Below are positions 11,371-23,497 of a stretch of DNA of 64,000 nucleotides, piece after piece. The notes below the pieces were generated by a model. That model saw only the letters and a program-made list of their open reading frames with translations, searched no databases and was not told the DNA's origin. Source of the DNA: Mobula hypostoma (lineage: Eukaryota); NCBI RefSeq assembly GCF_963921235.1, contig NC_086097.1, forward strand, positions 11,408,001 to 11,472,000, read 5' to 3'. Each line of letters starts with the position of its first letter. The first letter of the stretch is position 1. Made by a program: the position numbers and the translations under genes.

Positions 11371-14300
11371 ATACTAGTGACAGGTCTGCAACATATTAGT
11401 ATTAGGTTGCAGAATGTCAATGAGAAATATTCCCTGATCTTTTGCTTCAATGGTTTGATTCAGAGCAATCCCATTGCATTCTGATGTGGCTCTTATGCAC
11501 GATAAGCCATAACATTGTCCACTCTGTGTCTGCGCAGTACAAACAAGAAAGGATCATGAGCTATCCTCCAGTTTATTCCAAATTACTTTATTGTGACCAA
11601 TGTAGGAGGCTCATGCAAGGGAGGATGCGGTGGGGTGGGGTGGGAGGAATGAGAATAATTTAATAATGTGGAGCACAATCTTGGTTGAATCACCCCTAGG
11701 CTAATGAGGAAAAAACACTTGATTATAGAACATAGGTTAGGCCAAGACTGGAATATTGCATACAGCTCTGGTCCCACACCATTGAAAGGACATGACTGCA
11801 TTGGAGAGGGTGTAGAGGAGATTAGCCAGGATATTGCCAGGGATGGAGCTTCTCTGTTGTAGAGAGACATAAAAGGTCGGATAAAGTAGACTGGGTACAA
11901 GAGTGTCCAGATGACACCGACTGTTTATTCCTCTCCATAGATGCTGCCTGATCTGCTGAGTTCCTCCAGCATTTTGTGCGTGTTACTCTGGATAGAATAA
12001 ATGGGTTTGCTTTCTCTGCAGTGGAGGAGGCAGGGATGGGCCTGAAAAAAAAACCCTAGTGGGAAAGATTTACCTGTAGTAGAGCATCTGAATGAGTATT
12101 TGAATTACCAATGCATAGAAGGCTACAGACATAGTGTAGTAAATGGGATTAGTGTAGATTTGCACTTGATGATGGTCATCAGAGACATTTATCAGGATCA
12201 CTGTGTACACAGCATTGTCAATGATCTGCCCCATCCATCCAACCATCCCTTTGGTCTCCTGCCATCAGGCAAGAGGTACTGCAGCATTAGGACAAGGGCT
12301 GTTAGGATAGAAAATCGCTTCTTCCCTGAGACCGTGAGACTACTGAACTCCCTGACTTCTCCCTGTTATCACGTATGAAGTACCTGTAGCATTATTCTGT
12401 TTACTTTTTACTTTGTGTCCTAAATTCACCTTATTATTTGTTAATTTATTTGTGGCAATATTACTTATGGTATGTATTGTGTGTGTGAGTCTTATGCAGA
12501 ACATCAGATGATGAGGTGTATAAGATGATGAGAGGTATTGATCGTGTGGATAGCCAGAAGCTTTTTCCAAGGACTGAAATGGCTAACACGAGGGGGGCAT
12601 ATTTTTAAGGCGCTTCGAAGTAGGTACAAGGGGGATGTCAGAGGTAAGTTTTTCAAGCAGAGAGTGGTGAGTGCGTGGAATGCACTGCCAGCGAAGGTGG
12701 TAGAAGTGGATACAATAGGGTCTTTTAAGAGACTCTTAGATACGTACATGGAGCTAGAAAAATAGAAGGCTGTGCGATAAGGAAATTCTACGCAGTTTCT
12801 AGAGTAGGTTACATAGTTGGCACAACATTGTGGGCTGAAGGGCCTATAATGTTCTGTAGATTTCTATGTTACTATGTTATGCACCTTGGTCCAGAGGAAC
12901 ATTGTTTTGTTTGGTGATATTATGTTTTATAACTTCAAAAGCTAAAACTAATCCAAAGGAAGATATATATACACAAGATTACTGAAATATTACTTCAATA
13001 TTAAATACATAACAGGTGATATACATGTGTACGGTTGAATGACATTAAACTGAACAGGAATTTGAACTTGACATAGTGACATGAAAGGCCTATTTCTTGC
13101 TGTTTGACTCTATGACTGTATGATTAAAATTGAATAGGATCCTTATTCTAGATATCAATTCAGTGAACCTTTCTATAAGTAAATACGTAGAAGCTTGAGG
13201 AAGGTACATTTATGTTCAGCTCTGATACCTTGCACAGTTAGATTTCTGACACTCACTGTCTAGGCTCAGTTCTGAAAAAAACAACCACTGGTTCAAGACA
13301 GTGGGTCAAACCCACTGGCCTAATGCAGGAGTAGAAATGAGGGGAGAAAGAATTGTTGAAGAAAATTAGCAAAGAATATGTAAAGGGATTGCCTAGTCTT
13401 AGATCAGTAATAACACATGCAAGCAGCAGAGATGATTTAAAATACCAACTTTATGACTTTATTTTAGTAAAGATACAGAACAAAGCAGGTCCTTCTGGCC
13501 CACCAAGTCGCAATGCCCAGCAACACACCTACTTAACCTGAGCCGAACCACCGGGCAGTTTACAATGACCAGTTAACCTACTAACCAGTACGTATTTGGA
13601 CCATGGGAGGAAACTGGAACTCCTGGAGGAAACCCAAGTACACAAGGGAAGAGCATACAAACTTTCTTATAGAGGACACCAAAATGAAACTCCAAACTCT
13701 GATGCCTGAGATGTAATAGCATTGTGCTAAGACTGTGGCAGCTAAAGGGACAATTAGTGAGATCACTATCTCTCTCAATTTACTCAAAATCCTTTGTATA
13801 ATTTGCTGTAGTTTCACAATTATTCTGCATTACTTGATCTAAAACTTAAATTACTGCTAACTGGTAAAGCAAAGAATCTTGCTTTGAATATTCAAGCGTC
13901 ATTATAATATTTATTTATTGGGTCCCAAGTGAGAGTTTAGTGTATGTGGGTGATACACAGAAGAACTTGATGCATCAGATAGATTTTAATTTTCAAATCA
14001 TTACATATTTCATAATTTTGGAGTGTTACACAGTAATGTAGTGTAGCTTTCCAACATCTCATATTACTGTTTTACCATATGTCTAAATAATTATTAATTA
14101 TATTTTGTAAAGCAAGTGTGTACTAAAGAAAAGGCTTGCATTCCATCAATGTGTTGCTATTTGACAATAAAAACAATCAAAAATGGGATATCATTATTTA
14201 AGCTACCAAAATAATTAATTGTCCATCACAATGAGTGTGCATTTTTGGATGAGTTTTGGTGAGTAATGATGATATGATTTTAATTGTAGCATTTCCTTGC

Positions 14301-14739
14301 TCAATTAAGAAATCATAGGCAACATAATCAGGATATTGATTTTCCATGCTTGAACCATATTAAGAGATAGCCTGTACACAACAGGCATGAATTCCAGTAG
14401 TTGCAGACTTGTTTGTTGAGGATAAATACTGGGATAATCATACACAGTGGGGTGGCAAAGGAGGTGTCAGCCCCTCCTTCCCTCTGCTAGCCTGCAGGTC
14501 GCCCTTGGAAAAGGTGTAGCACCTGCTCAGCCCCCCTCTCCCCCGCCATCAGGATCATGTGAAACCATGGGAGCAGGTGGTGGATATCACAAGTCCTGGT
14601 CATGTGACCACTGACACCAGGCAGATAATCTCTGAAGAGTATTGATAATGGCTGGGGTCACCCATTTGTAAAGACACTGACCAGAAGAAGGCAATGGCAA
14701 ACCATTTCTGTAGAAAACTTTGCTAAAAACAATAAAAGG

Positions 14740-15210
14740 GCGCATTATAGTTAAATCAGTTTAAATGTGCACATGACTGTTGGAGCTCGTCTTTTCCAAA
14801 AGCTGGCTATAACTGTTACTCACGGCACTGAATTCTCATCATCAATCACCAGTAGAACTTCCCATTTTGGACTACTTTGTCTTGTGAAGCACTCTTTGCA
14901 CTCCTGTCTTCCTGTTGGATTGAATCCTGCGGGTGTCTCTCCCGATCTTCTCTCCTCCACATCTCTCGCAAAAAGAACACCAACCCCATTAGTGTCCATC
15001 ACAAGCTTCTCTCGCCCAGCTCTCTCTAGAACCTTCTCCCAATTCCCCCATCCTGACTGGCTGACACCACATACCTAAATTGAACAACGTGCCTTCTTAT
15101 CTTTAGCCGAAACCAAAACATTCTACCAGCAGGACACACTGTTTTTACAGCAAACTACTAAATGAAATACTCCACAGCATAGCAAGATAAATCTTATCCA
15201 GGACATAACA
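14740..15210. mobile_element. Probable LTR remnant
   Basis: Truncates a SINE and ends in ...cataaca like the 97-bp insert at 12918-13014. Confidence 0.35.
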
Positions 15211-16434
15211 ATTGGTTTATCAATGTACATCAAAATATACAGTGAGGCATGTTGTTTGCATTAACAACCAACACAGCAATAGAGGTGCCAGAGGCAGCCA
15301 CGTGTTGTTATTCTTCTTCTTCTTTCTTGCAGAAACATGTATTGTCACATACTCCAGTGCCAACATAACATGTCCAGAATGTTCAGCAGAACAACAGCAA
15401 AACATGTCCCTTTCTCACCCTTTCACCCCTACACTCACTTAACCCCTCACTTGTATGTTAAGAAAGTCCTGACCATGGTCATAAACATATCTATTCAAAA
15501 TTAGAAGGAGACTGCAAACATACTAAGTGGTTAAGGTTCAAAAGTTCAAAGTAAATTTATTATCAATGTATGTATATATCACCAAATACAACCCTGAGAT
15601 TCATTTTCTTGCAAGCATTCACAGTAGAGCATAGAAGTACAATAGGATCAATGAAAAACTATAGACAAACAGACTGACAAACAATCAATGTGCAAATGAA
15701 TCCAAACTATGCAGATTTTTTAAAAATCTAAATAAAAATAATAAGCTTAAAGTGGATTTATTATCAAAGTACATATATTTTATACTACTTTATATTACAG
15801 TAATTATGACAGGATCAATGATTGACTGCCAGATTAAGCCATTGGTCGTTGTAAGTTTGTCATTGTGATTGGGCAAGGGTTAAATAGGTGGGTTGCTAGG
15901 CAGCACAACTCACTGAGCCAGAAGGGCCTGTTCTGCGCTGAATCTATAAATGTATAAATATATACCCAGACTGGAGTTTGTCTAGTTGCAGAACCCCATC
16001 AGCAGCTGTCAAAGACAAACAGAAAGATCATGTAATACAGGAAAAGAATATCAAAACAGTGGAGACTCGTTACTTTTCCACTCAAGTGAGCTGATAAACA
16101 TAAAATGATTCCGATCATTAATGATGTTCCAAACATCTCTGCAAAGCTGCCCAAGCTTGATCTCCCAGGTTTTCCAACCTCATAAACAAATATTTATCCT
16201 GAGTAGGTCCCCAAGAACAAACTTCCTCAAAGAAGTTTAAGGTCAGAGGGGGTAACCTCAAAGGAGATGCGAAAGGCCATGTTTTTTTGACACAGAGAGT
16301 GGTGGGTGCCTGGAATGTTCTACCTGGGATGGTGAAAGAAACAGGTACATTAGGAACTATTGAGAAATGTTCAGACAGCCATATGAGTGTGAAGAAAATT
16401 GAATGATGTGGAAGAGATTAATTAAGTTAGGCAA

Positions 16435-17660
16435 ACAAGAGAAAATCTGCAGATGCTGGAAATCTGAGCCACACACATAAAATGCTGGAGGCTAACTCAG
16501 CAGGCCAGTCAGCATCTAGGAAAAGAGTACAGTCGACGTTTCAGGCCGAAACCCTTCAGCAGGACGGGAGAAAAAATTCTGAGGAGTAGATTTAAAATGT
16601 GGGGGGAGGGGAGAGAAACACCAGGTGATAAGTGAAACCTGGAGGGGGAGAGATGAAATAAAGAACAGGAAGTAAATTGTTGAAAGAGACAGAAGGACCT
16701 GGAAGAAAGAAAAGGGGGCAAGAACACCATAGGGAGGCGATGGGTGGGCAAGGAGAAAAGGTGAGAGAGGGATAAAGGGATGGGAAATGATAAAGGTGGG
16801 GGGGGAGTGTTGAGGGCATCACTGGGAGCTCAAGAAATCGATGTTCAGAACATCAGGTTGGAGGCTACCCAAATGGAATATAAGGTGTTGTTCCTCCAGC
16901 CTAAGTGTGGCCTCATCACGACAGTGGAGGAGACCATGGGTGGACATATCAGAATGGGAATGGGAAGTGGAATTGAAATGGGTGGCCACTGGGAGATCCC
17001 AATTCTTCTGGCGAATGGAGTGCAGGTGCTCAGTAAAGCAGTCCCTCAATCTATGTCAGGTCTCACTGATATACAGGAGGCCACACCAGGAGCACCAAAC
17101 ACAGTACATGACCCCAACAGACTCACAGGGGAAGTGTTGTCTCTCCTGTTTAGGGCTCTGAATGGTAGTGAGGGAGGAGGTGTAGGGGCAGATATAGCAC
17201 TTGTTCTGCTTGCAAAGTTACAGGAGGGAGATCAGTGCGGAGGGACGAATGGATAAAAGAGTCACGTGGGGAGCAATCTATGTGGAAAGCAGAAATTCGG
17301 TGAGGGAGGAGGGAAAGACGTGCTTGGTGGTGGGATCCTGTTGGATATGGTAGAAGTTTTGGAGAATTATGCGCTGGATGCGGAGGCTGGTGGGGTGGAA
17401 GGTGAGGACAAGAGGAAGCCTATCCCTGGTAGGGTGGTGGGAGGATGGGGTAAGAGCACACGTGCATGAAATGGAAGAGATGCGGTTGAGGGCAGTGTTG
17501 CTGGTGGAGGAAAGAAAGCCACTTTCTTTCAAAAAAGAGGAAATCTCCTTCACTCTGGAAAAAGAGCAGAGCCAGTGGAAAAGAAGGAATTGAGAGAAGG
17601 GGATGGCGTTTTTACAAGTAACAGGGTGGGAAGAGGTATAGTCCAGGTAGCTATGAGAGT
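16435..17660 (-). mobile_element. Degenerate Penelope-like element 3' portion
   Basis: ORF fragments DLPVATHFNSTSHSHSDMS...LEEQHLIF and RDRLPLVLTFHPTS; hammerhead-derived tail at ~16530-16566. Confidence 0.85.
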
Positions 17661-20600
17661 CCTGCCTAATAACTGCCTAATTAAGTTAGACAATTGATAA
17701 TGAAGTGGAAGGAGCTAAAGATGGTGCCAGGTTTTTTTGCAGAACTGGGCAACTTCTTCTAATTGATCCACGAATTAGAGGAAGTTTAAATGAGACCATA
17801 AGACCATAAGGTATAGGAGCAGAAATAGGTCATTTGGCCCATCAAGTCTGCTCCACCATTCCATCAGGGCTGATCCAATTTTTCTCTCAACCCCAATCTC
17901 CTGCCTTTGCCCCATATCCCTTCATGTCCTGGCTAATGAAGAATCTATCAACCTCTTCCTTAAGTATACATAAAAACTTGGCCTCCACAGCTGCCCGTGA
18001 TAAAGAATACCACATATTCCCAGGCTCTAGCTAAAAAAATTCCTCCTCACCTTCATTCTAAAAGGACACCCTTCTATTCTGACGTTGTGTCCTCTGGTCT
18101 TAGACTCTCCCACCATAAGAAGTATCTTCTCCAAATTCACTCAATCAAGGCCTTTCACCATCCAATAGGTTTCAATGAGGTCATCCCTCATTCTTCTGAA
18201 TTCCAGTGAATACAGGCCCAGAGCCATCAAACTCTCTTAATTTGGCAAGCCATTAAATCCTGGAATCACTTTCATGCACCTCCTTTGAACCCTCTCCAGT
18301 TTCAGCACATCCTTTCTAAGATAAGGCACCTAAATCTGCTCACAATACTCCAAGTGCTTTATAAATGCTCAGTATTACATCCTTGCTTTTATATTCTGAT
18401 CCTCTTGAAATTAATGCTAATATTGTATTTGCCTTCCTCTCCACCGACTCAACCTGCAAACCAACCTTTAGGGAATCCTGTCCAAGGGCTCCCAAGTAAT
18501 TTTGCGCCTCGGTTTTTTGTACTTCCTCTCCTTTCACTTCTTCTTCCAAAGTGCACGACCATACACTTCCCAACACTGCATTCCATCTGCCATTTCCCCC
18601 TGCCTTCCCACATCCCGCAAGAGGAGCATTCAGCTATCCTGCCTGGAATCTCTACCATCCCAGCTGAGCAAATACAAAGAGGGGAAGGAGAAATCTTAAC
18701 CTAGAGATTTTCTTTGACTGAAGCCTCTCTTTGTTGAAGCTTCAAAGAGCTAAGTTCTCAAGATCACCACTCAGACGAGCACCACTGCAATGATAACCAC
18801 TGCGTCTGCCCTGCCTTCAGGAATCTACTGTTCTAATGTCTGGTTTTCGCTTTTCAATGTGGCTAGGGTCCTGCCGGAGTCCATGATTTACCGCTGTGCT
18901 CAAAACTATGTTCTTCACGGTCGATGGGGTTTTCTACCTCGGAGCTCACTGAGTGGCCTGCGTTTCCGGATCTCCAGGAGCAGCTTGGAAGACGTGTGCC
19001 TTTAGGGTGCGACCCTGTGGACGATCCGATTCCTCACCCATGTCACTGACTGAAGCATCACGGGAGATCGCAACATCAAGATAGCAGGGACAGCTGTTGG
19101 AGGCCTCTGCGCTCGAGCAATCTCTCTCTCTCTCTCTGGATGGTGAGAGAGAGTCTGCCGGTGCTCGAATAAGCGATGCTGCAGATTGTAACATCGAAAC
19201 AGCGAGCAGTTGGCCTCCCCTCTTTCTGTGGCAGGAGCGATCGCTCTCTCTCTCCCTTGCAGGGAGAGCGAGAGCCTATCGAGATGTCAAAATTTTGGGA
19301 CAGACAGTAGTTTTTGATGGACTCTGGATCATCATCGCTGGGGGATTGCTGTTGCTTGCATGGTGGCTGGTCAGGGTGGCTGATGCTTTTGCTGAAACAA
19401 GTAGGGGAGGCCTGATGCTTTCTCTGGAACAAGTAGGCAAGGGCTGGTGCATCTGCTGCTGCTTGTGTGTGGGATGGGGAGGGAGGGCTTTGGGGTTCTA
19501 ACATTTTTCTGTCATTCTTTGTGTTTTTCTTCTCTCTGTTTTGGGGATGTCTGAGAAGAGTAAGAATTTCAGGTTGTATACTGTATACATCCTCTGATAT
19601 TAAGTTAAAGCATTGAACTAATTTATTTGGTTGGACACAACGTCGTAGGCCAAAGGGCCTGTTCCTGTGCTGTACTCAAATGTTTTATGTTCTAAGTTGT
19701 CTTCAACCTGATTAACAAAGCCCAGCACCACAGTGTTTGTTCAAGAAAAATGTCTTGACAATTGGTGAAACCTGTCAGGAAATTTAGAGGAAGCTTAACC
19801 TAAAATCAAACCAATGGAGACGATTGAGCAGTAAATGATATTTTACTAATAAACTGCAAAGTAACAATCCATGAGGGGCCACAAAACACGAGAGAAAATA
19901 TTTAACACAGCAAGGCAACAAGGTATCCGTCTGTCCTTTTCCACTTCCAATTCCTGTTTCTCTCTCTCACCTTATCTGCTTCCCTGCCCACCACATCCCT
20001 CTGGTGCTCCTCCTCCTTCCTTTTCTTCCATGGTCTTCTGTCCTCTCCTATCAGATTCCCCCCTTCTCCGGCCTTTATCTCTTTAACCAATCAATTTCCC
20101 AGCTCTTTATTTCGATCCCTCCCCCTCTCTCGGTTTCACCTATCACCCACCACCTTGCACTTTTTCCTCACCTCTACCCACCTTCTTACTCTGACTTCTC
20201 TTTCTTTCCAGTCCTGATGAAGCATCTCTGCCCAAAATATTGATTGTTTACTCTTTTCCATAGCTACTGCCTGGCCTGCTGAGTTCCACCAGCATTTTTT
20301 TGTGTAATGCTGAAGGCTAGGAGCAACTGGCTGAGGCTGGCTGGTTCAATGAGTGAACAAAGGCAGGAGATGACAGCTGGGTTTAAATGGGCTGCAGGGA
20401 GTGAGTTTGAAACAAGTGGCAGATCATTCCTGTTAGGTGGGTGGAGACAAGGGGGTTCCTGTCTGTGAAGGCCTGATAAAACCATGTCACTGTTTAATCT
20501 TTAAACAGTTTGCATGTGTGTAAAGTGTCTGACATGCACACTTAACTACATACACTGAAAATGATGGTGCATCTTTTAAAAATATACAAAAATAATACAA

Positions 20601-22379
20601 CTTACAAGGAAACACTTCAGCCAATTAAATTAATTCAACGACATTTAATATAAAAAATCAAATTATTTCCCTTGCAGCTTACATCCTCATTTTACTCTCA
20701 TTTCATCACTGTCTGGTACGGAGGAGCCACTGCAGAGGATCGGAAAAAGTGACACAAAGTTGCTAACTCAGCCAGCTCCATCATGGGCGCTAGCTTCCAC
20801 AGCATCAAGGACATCTTCAAAAGGCAATGCCTTAAAAGGCAACAACCACCATTTCTGAACCCATCACTCAGGATATGCCCTCTTCTCATTGCTTCATCAA
20901 GGAGGAGGGACAGGAGCCTGAAGACACACACTATGTTTCAGGAACAGCTTCTTTCCCTCCACAAGCAGTTTTCTGAATGGACAGTGAATCCATGAACACT
21001 ACCTCAATATTTTTTGCTGTCCACTTGCACTACTTTTTTAACTTAATTTTTAAAAATATATTTCTTATTGTAGTTTATAGCTTTTTATTACATGCATTGC
21101 AATGTACTGCGGCCGCAAAACAATAAATTTCATGACATATGCCAGTGATACTAAACCTGATTCAGATTCTGTTTCTGAAATGAATGCAACCTCCTAGCCA
21201 TATTAAGGCCTCATGTATGACAACCTCAGCGAACAGCTTGGAAGTATGGAAACTTGAAATCCAATGCAAGGGCACAGTGAAAATTACAACAACAATTAGC
21301 CATACATGAGTTGTGGACTTCTGCAGTTGCTCATGGCCATGTGAGACACGCCAACTTCTCTAGGGTTAAAATATTTAAAGTCAATATTTTATGAAGAAGT
21401 TGTTGCTTTTCAGTGGAAATTCTGGGCCTATATTGCGAAAAAAAATATGGAAGTGGAACTTGTTAAGTGAAAGGAGTATCCTCTCTGAAATCTGGGTTTC
21501 AGTTCTGCAAATATTCTTAAATTTGAAATACCTCTTGGAGTCTGGGTGGTGTTTCATTCTATGCACTTCCCTTCTGATCAAATAGGCACATCTACAGTTC
21601 TTCTATCCTCAAATGCTGGAATATCTGCAAATGCCCTGAGGTCCTCAAGCATCTTTTGTTTCTCGGCTGAATGCCTTTATCTCATAACAGAAAAGATACT
21701 GCAGATGCTTGAGTTATTAAACAACACACACAAAATGCTGGAGGAACTCAGCAGGTCAGGCAGCACCGATGGAGGACAATAAGCAGTCAATCATTAGGGC
21801 CACGACCTTTCATCAGGACCGGAAGGGAAGGGGAAAGAAGCCAGAAATAAGATGGGGGAGTGGAAGGAGTGCAAGCTGGCAAATGATAGGTGCAACCAGG
21901 TGAGGGGGTAGGTGGGTGGGTGGGGGAGGGAGGATGAAGTAAGAAACTAGGAGGGATAGATAGAAGAGGTAAAGGTTGAAGAAGAAGGAATCCGATAGGA
22001 CAGGACAGTGGACCATGGAAGAAAGGAAAGGATAAGGGGGACCAAAGGGAGGTGATGGGCAGGAGAGGAGAATGGTTGAGAGGGAAAGCAGAATGGGGAA
22101 GAGAAAAAGAAAAAGGGGGATTGGGTGAAATTACCGGAAGTTAGCAAAATTGATGGAAATGCCTTCGGATTGGAGGCTACCGAGACAGAATATGAGGTAA
22201 TACTCCTGAAACCTGAGCGTAGCCTCATCATGGCAATAGAAAAAGGCCATAGACTGACATGTTGGAATAGGAATCTACCCATTGTTGTCCCCCTGTTAGT
22301 GTGGTCTTTCAATGATTCTATTTTGGTAATTGGATTTATTGAATATGCCCACAAGAAAATGAATGTAGGGGTGTATATG

Positions 22380-23497
22380 GTTAACATCTTAGTCCAAGAG
22401 TATTTTCAGTTCTTTTGTTCTGTACACCAGTGACTACCAGGAATATTCTGGTTGGCAACCCGGGAATAGTCGGGTGACAGCGTGGAGAGACAGCGGACAG
22501 CCAGGAAAGACTGGCACCGTGGGTGTCAGGATTGGCAGTCCGGGCACCAGCTCAGAAGAGCACCCACCTCTTGAAGCTTCTAGTTTACAAGGAGAAACAT
22601 ACCCTCGGGGTCCTCCGAGAGGAAGGGAGAATGATGGACCCAATCGGACAGATACAATTAATTACAGGGAATGACTACGACCAAGAGCTAGGATAAGAGG
22701 CTCTGAGTGTCCAATGTGTTGGTGTGGGAGAGTATTTTCCAGCATTTAAGGTTTACGAGTCTACCAAGCAAAGTTGAAGTGCTATTCCATCCCAGTGGAT
22801 GAAGATGAAATTACCAAGCACAGATGATGTGGTCTTTTCAACCACTGATTCACAAGGCACAGCAATTCGCTCTGGAGAGAGTCATCATAGTCCAGGTCAG
22901 ACGAGAGATAATCCAGGTCAGGTTTCAGACCACAGTACTCAAGTAGATCCTTCGCATGATGGCGGTAGTGAGGAAGGAGGAAGAGAAGCAAGTTAACCAA
23001 GTATGCAGATTTAAGAACAGAGTGCAGAGAGAGAGGGTGGAAGGTCTCATGCTATCCATTCGAAGTAGGTTGCCGTGGCTTTATTGCGTTCACTTTCTAG
23101 AAGTGGCTGTGTGACCTTGGCTTCACTAGAAGAGAGATCCAGTTAACCAGCAGGGCTGTAGCTGAGGCAGCAGAGACAGGATCAGCATGGGTGTGGACCA
23201 AGTATGTCCAGAGGGGCAGATAGTCGGACAGCGTATACATCTTTTGCAAATCCTTCAGTAGGTGCATAGACACCTGAAGAGTAGACTATCTGTTGGACGG
23301 AAGTGACCAACAACTCTGATAGAGGCAGATGCCAAGTTTTTAAGCTCACCAGTGGGAGGTGGTGCCTTAGCACTGCTGGCCCACCACCTCGAGGGAGACT
23401 TGATCAGAAGCGGGCCGAAACTCCCAAAGACAGGTGGCAGATCAACTGATGATCCCACTGGTTAACATCTTAGTCCAGTGTACTTTCAATTCATGGT
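22380..23497 (+). mobile_element. Internally deleted HERO-like (R2 superfamily, REL endonuclease) non-LTR retrotransposon
   Basis: N-terminal Zn-finger remnant CWCGRVFSSI*GLRVYQAKLKC (~22717-22782) joined to the C-terminal REL tail KLTKYADLRTECRERGWKVSCYPFEVGCRGF...AVAEAAETGSAWVW (stop 23221-23223); no RT; candidate TSD TGTATATG (22372-79, 23498-505). Confidence 0.75.
23348..23462 (+). ncRNA. Candidate permuted/pseudoknotted hammerhead-like RNA in a HERO-like 3' UTR
   Basis: GAAA at 23417-20 and CUGAUGA at 23446-52, with six mutually compatible helices abutting or flanking the core (see findings). Confidence 0.6.

Noticed and set aside
18780..19620. CpG-containing block with 134-142 aa ORFs as a gene or second promoter
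   Set aside because: Low-complexity (CT)n content and a LINE-like tail indicate an interspersed repeat; ORFs have no recognisable domain.
21530..21690. Possible extra minus-strand exon of the PPP1R37-like gene
   Set aside because: Stops in all three frames, and the exons at 27303 and 5007 already join in phase.
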